Source: Podarcis liolepis
Taxonomy: Eukaryota
Strand: one strand, 5' to 3'
Assembly: GCA_965112155.1 (NCBI GenBank)
Contig: OZ218098.1
Length of the DNA: 64,000 nucleotides
Part shown: positions 62,396-64,000 of the stretch, piece after piece
How the letters are laid out: the number at the start of each line of letters is the position of its first letter
Numbering within the stretch: the stretch's first letter is position 1
Translations under genes and position numbers: made by a program
The notes under the pieces: generated by a model
Databases searched by the model: none
Seen by the model: the letters and a program-made list of their open reading frames with translations, nothing else
What the model was told of the DNA's origin: nothing

Positions 62396-64000
62396 CTTGG
62401 TTGTTTATCAGATCAAGCCATTCACTTCATAAGTGTAAAGTGCATTGAGGAATATTCTTCCCTCTTACAGGTTGGGAACATACTTAGGTTTTAATTGTGA
62501 TCTTATACTTCAATGAGAATTTTGTGCAATGAATCTGTGCAGCGCCCCTTTAAATGCAGTGTGACTGTGTGTGTTCCCTGTACACTGGTTTTCATTTTCT
62601 GACCTTTTTGTTTGTTTTGCCAGAAGGCACCTGCCGCTTTGGAAAGCTAGATGCCAATTAGTTGTTCACCTTGTTTTCACTTACAATGGTCCTTTTTCCC
62701 CATCACTATCTTATCATTGCGGGATCTAACTTGGTTTGTCTGTTAATCTTGCCAAAGGAGAGGGGAGTTGTGATTACAGCCATTCATTTACTGCTTCGGG
62801 TATCTTCTTCCCCTTCCTCTGTTAGGAATGAAAGCCCTTCTTTAGAACTGGTGCCAGAGATGCCAGGGTGCCATGCTGCTTTTGTATACCTTTGTCTCAT
62901 TTTCCGATAAGATGCTGGTGGTTCTGTGAATGCATTTGCTTGAAAGGTTGAGGCCACCATCCCCTAGGCAGCTGACTGTTGCATCGCTTTGTAGCTGAAG
63001 TAACAAGTATCCCTTGTTCTGTAACTCATGTTTGTCTGTGGCAGCCTCCAGGCTATGGTAGCTTGCATTGTGATTTTACTGTGTATTGCAAACCAAGCAG
63101 AATCTGTGCTAGGCTGGCACTTGAATGGAACAAATTTAGAGCATGGTAATGATGTGCTGCTTTCCTCCTCACAAGGAGCCTTTTAAAAAATTAACACTAA
63201 ACGAAGATCCACTAAGGCATATGGGGTGCTAAAGGCTGTTCTGAAAGCAATGCCTTTATTCCTTGATCCTAACTCGTAAGGGAACCATGTACATTTCCTG
63301 AGGGTGTTTGTAAAAATAGCAACCTGCCTAGATTAGAAACTTGCCTGGACCAAATGTTCACTTCATTTGGCTTGTTAGCTATAACCATTGCAGATCTTCT
63401 GCATCTGCATTGTTCAGTCATCACATATGTGGACTGCTTCAGAAAACTTGCTTTAATTCCCTCCCCACAAGGAAATAATTTCAAATTTTTATGGTTTCAA
63501 AGGATGGGGAGTTGTCAAGCAGTGTCTGTTGAAGGTTTTTAAAAGTCTGAGATAGGACATAAGAGTGCTTCTGATTCCAGGAGAAAGAAAAGCAGAAAAT
63601 TCCCCCAATAATGCAGTTTTTTTTATTACCACAGGTCAAATTTCCAACCGAAATCACTTTCTAGTGGTAAATTTGGAAATGAATTTGCAGTTGGAAAAAT
63701 ATTGTAAGATGTTGTAATATAATGCTGCTTTTTCTTCTCCAAGTATTTCACGCTATGCTCTGGTTTTCACGATGTAGCAAGCCAAACCATGGCTTACTGG
63801 GACTGCACAAAAGTTTGCTCTTGGCTACAGCTTGTGTTGAAGAAAGAGCTTAACCACAAGCCTGAGTTCAGATGACATGTGGCATGGGAATAAAAAAGAG
63901 CAGGGTGGAGCAAAGTCCCTGCAATCTCCTCTAATATAAGTTATCTTTAAGAGGTGTATAAGATAGGGTAGTTGCTTACATATTTCTAGATCAGTGAGGG

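Noticed and set aside
54682-64000. Second coding exon of MGAT5 (expected to begin ...DLKKTLAVLL)
   Set aside because: I found no matching sequence after a suitable acceptor; it probably lies beyond the window.

Overview
Vertebrate nuclear DNA from a squamate reptile, most likely a lacertid lizard (inferred from Sauria/Squam1 and Squam3 SINEs, a BovB LINE with a (CAA)n tail, and squamate hAT and mariner MITEs). The window holds the 5' end of MGAT5 (GnT-V) on the + strand: a CpG-island promoter at ~6.3-8.4 kb, a probable leader exon ending at 7264, a ~47 kb repeat-rich intron, and the first coding exon (CDS 54441-54681). The next coding exon was not found and probably lies beyond the window. 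The rest is intronic or intergenic DNA filled with LINE fragments (CR1, L2, BovB, RTE-like), SINEs, MITEs, one solo LTR and microsatellites. Almost all ORFs in the supplied track are spurious. Most notable: (1) a strong-context uORF in the MGAT5 leader that would extend in frame across the 47 kb intron through a CAGCAGCAG tandem acceptor; (2) a perfect 99-bp-arm palindrome with a 6-nt loop; (3) a solo LTR nested in a SINE; (4) a young BovB insertion with an 11-bp TSD; (5) a repeated 21-bp promoter motif. Repeat family names come from my recall of consensus sequences, not from a database search. Repeat boundaries without a TSD are approximate.
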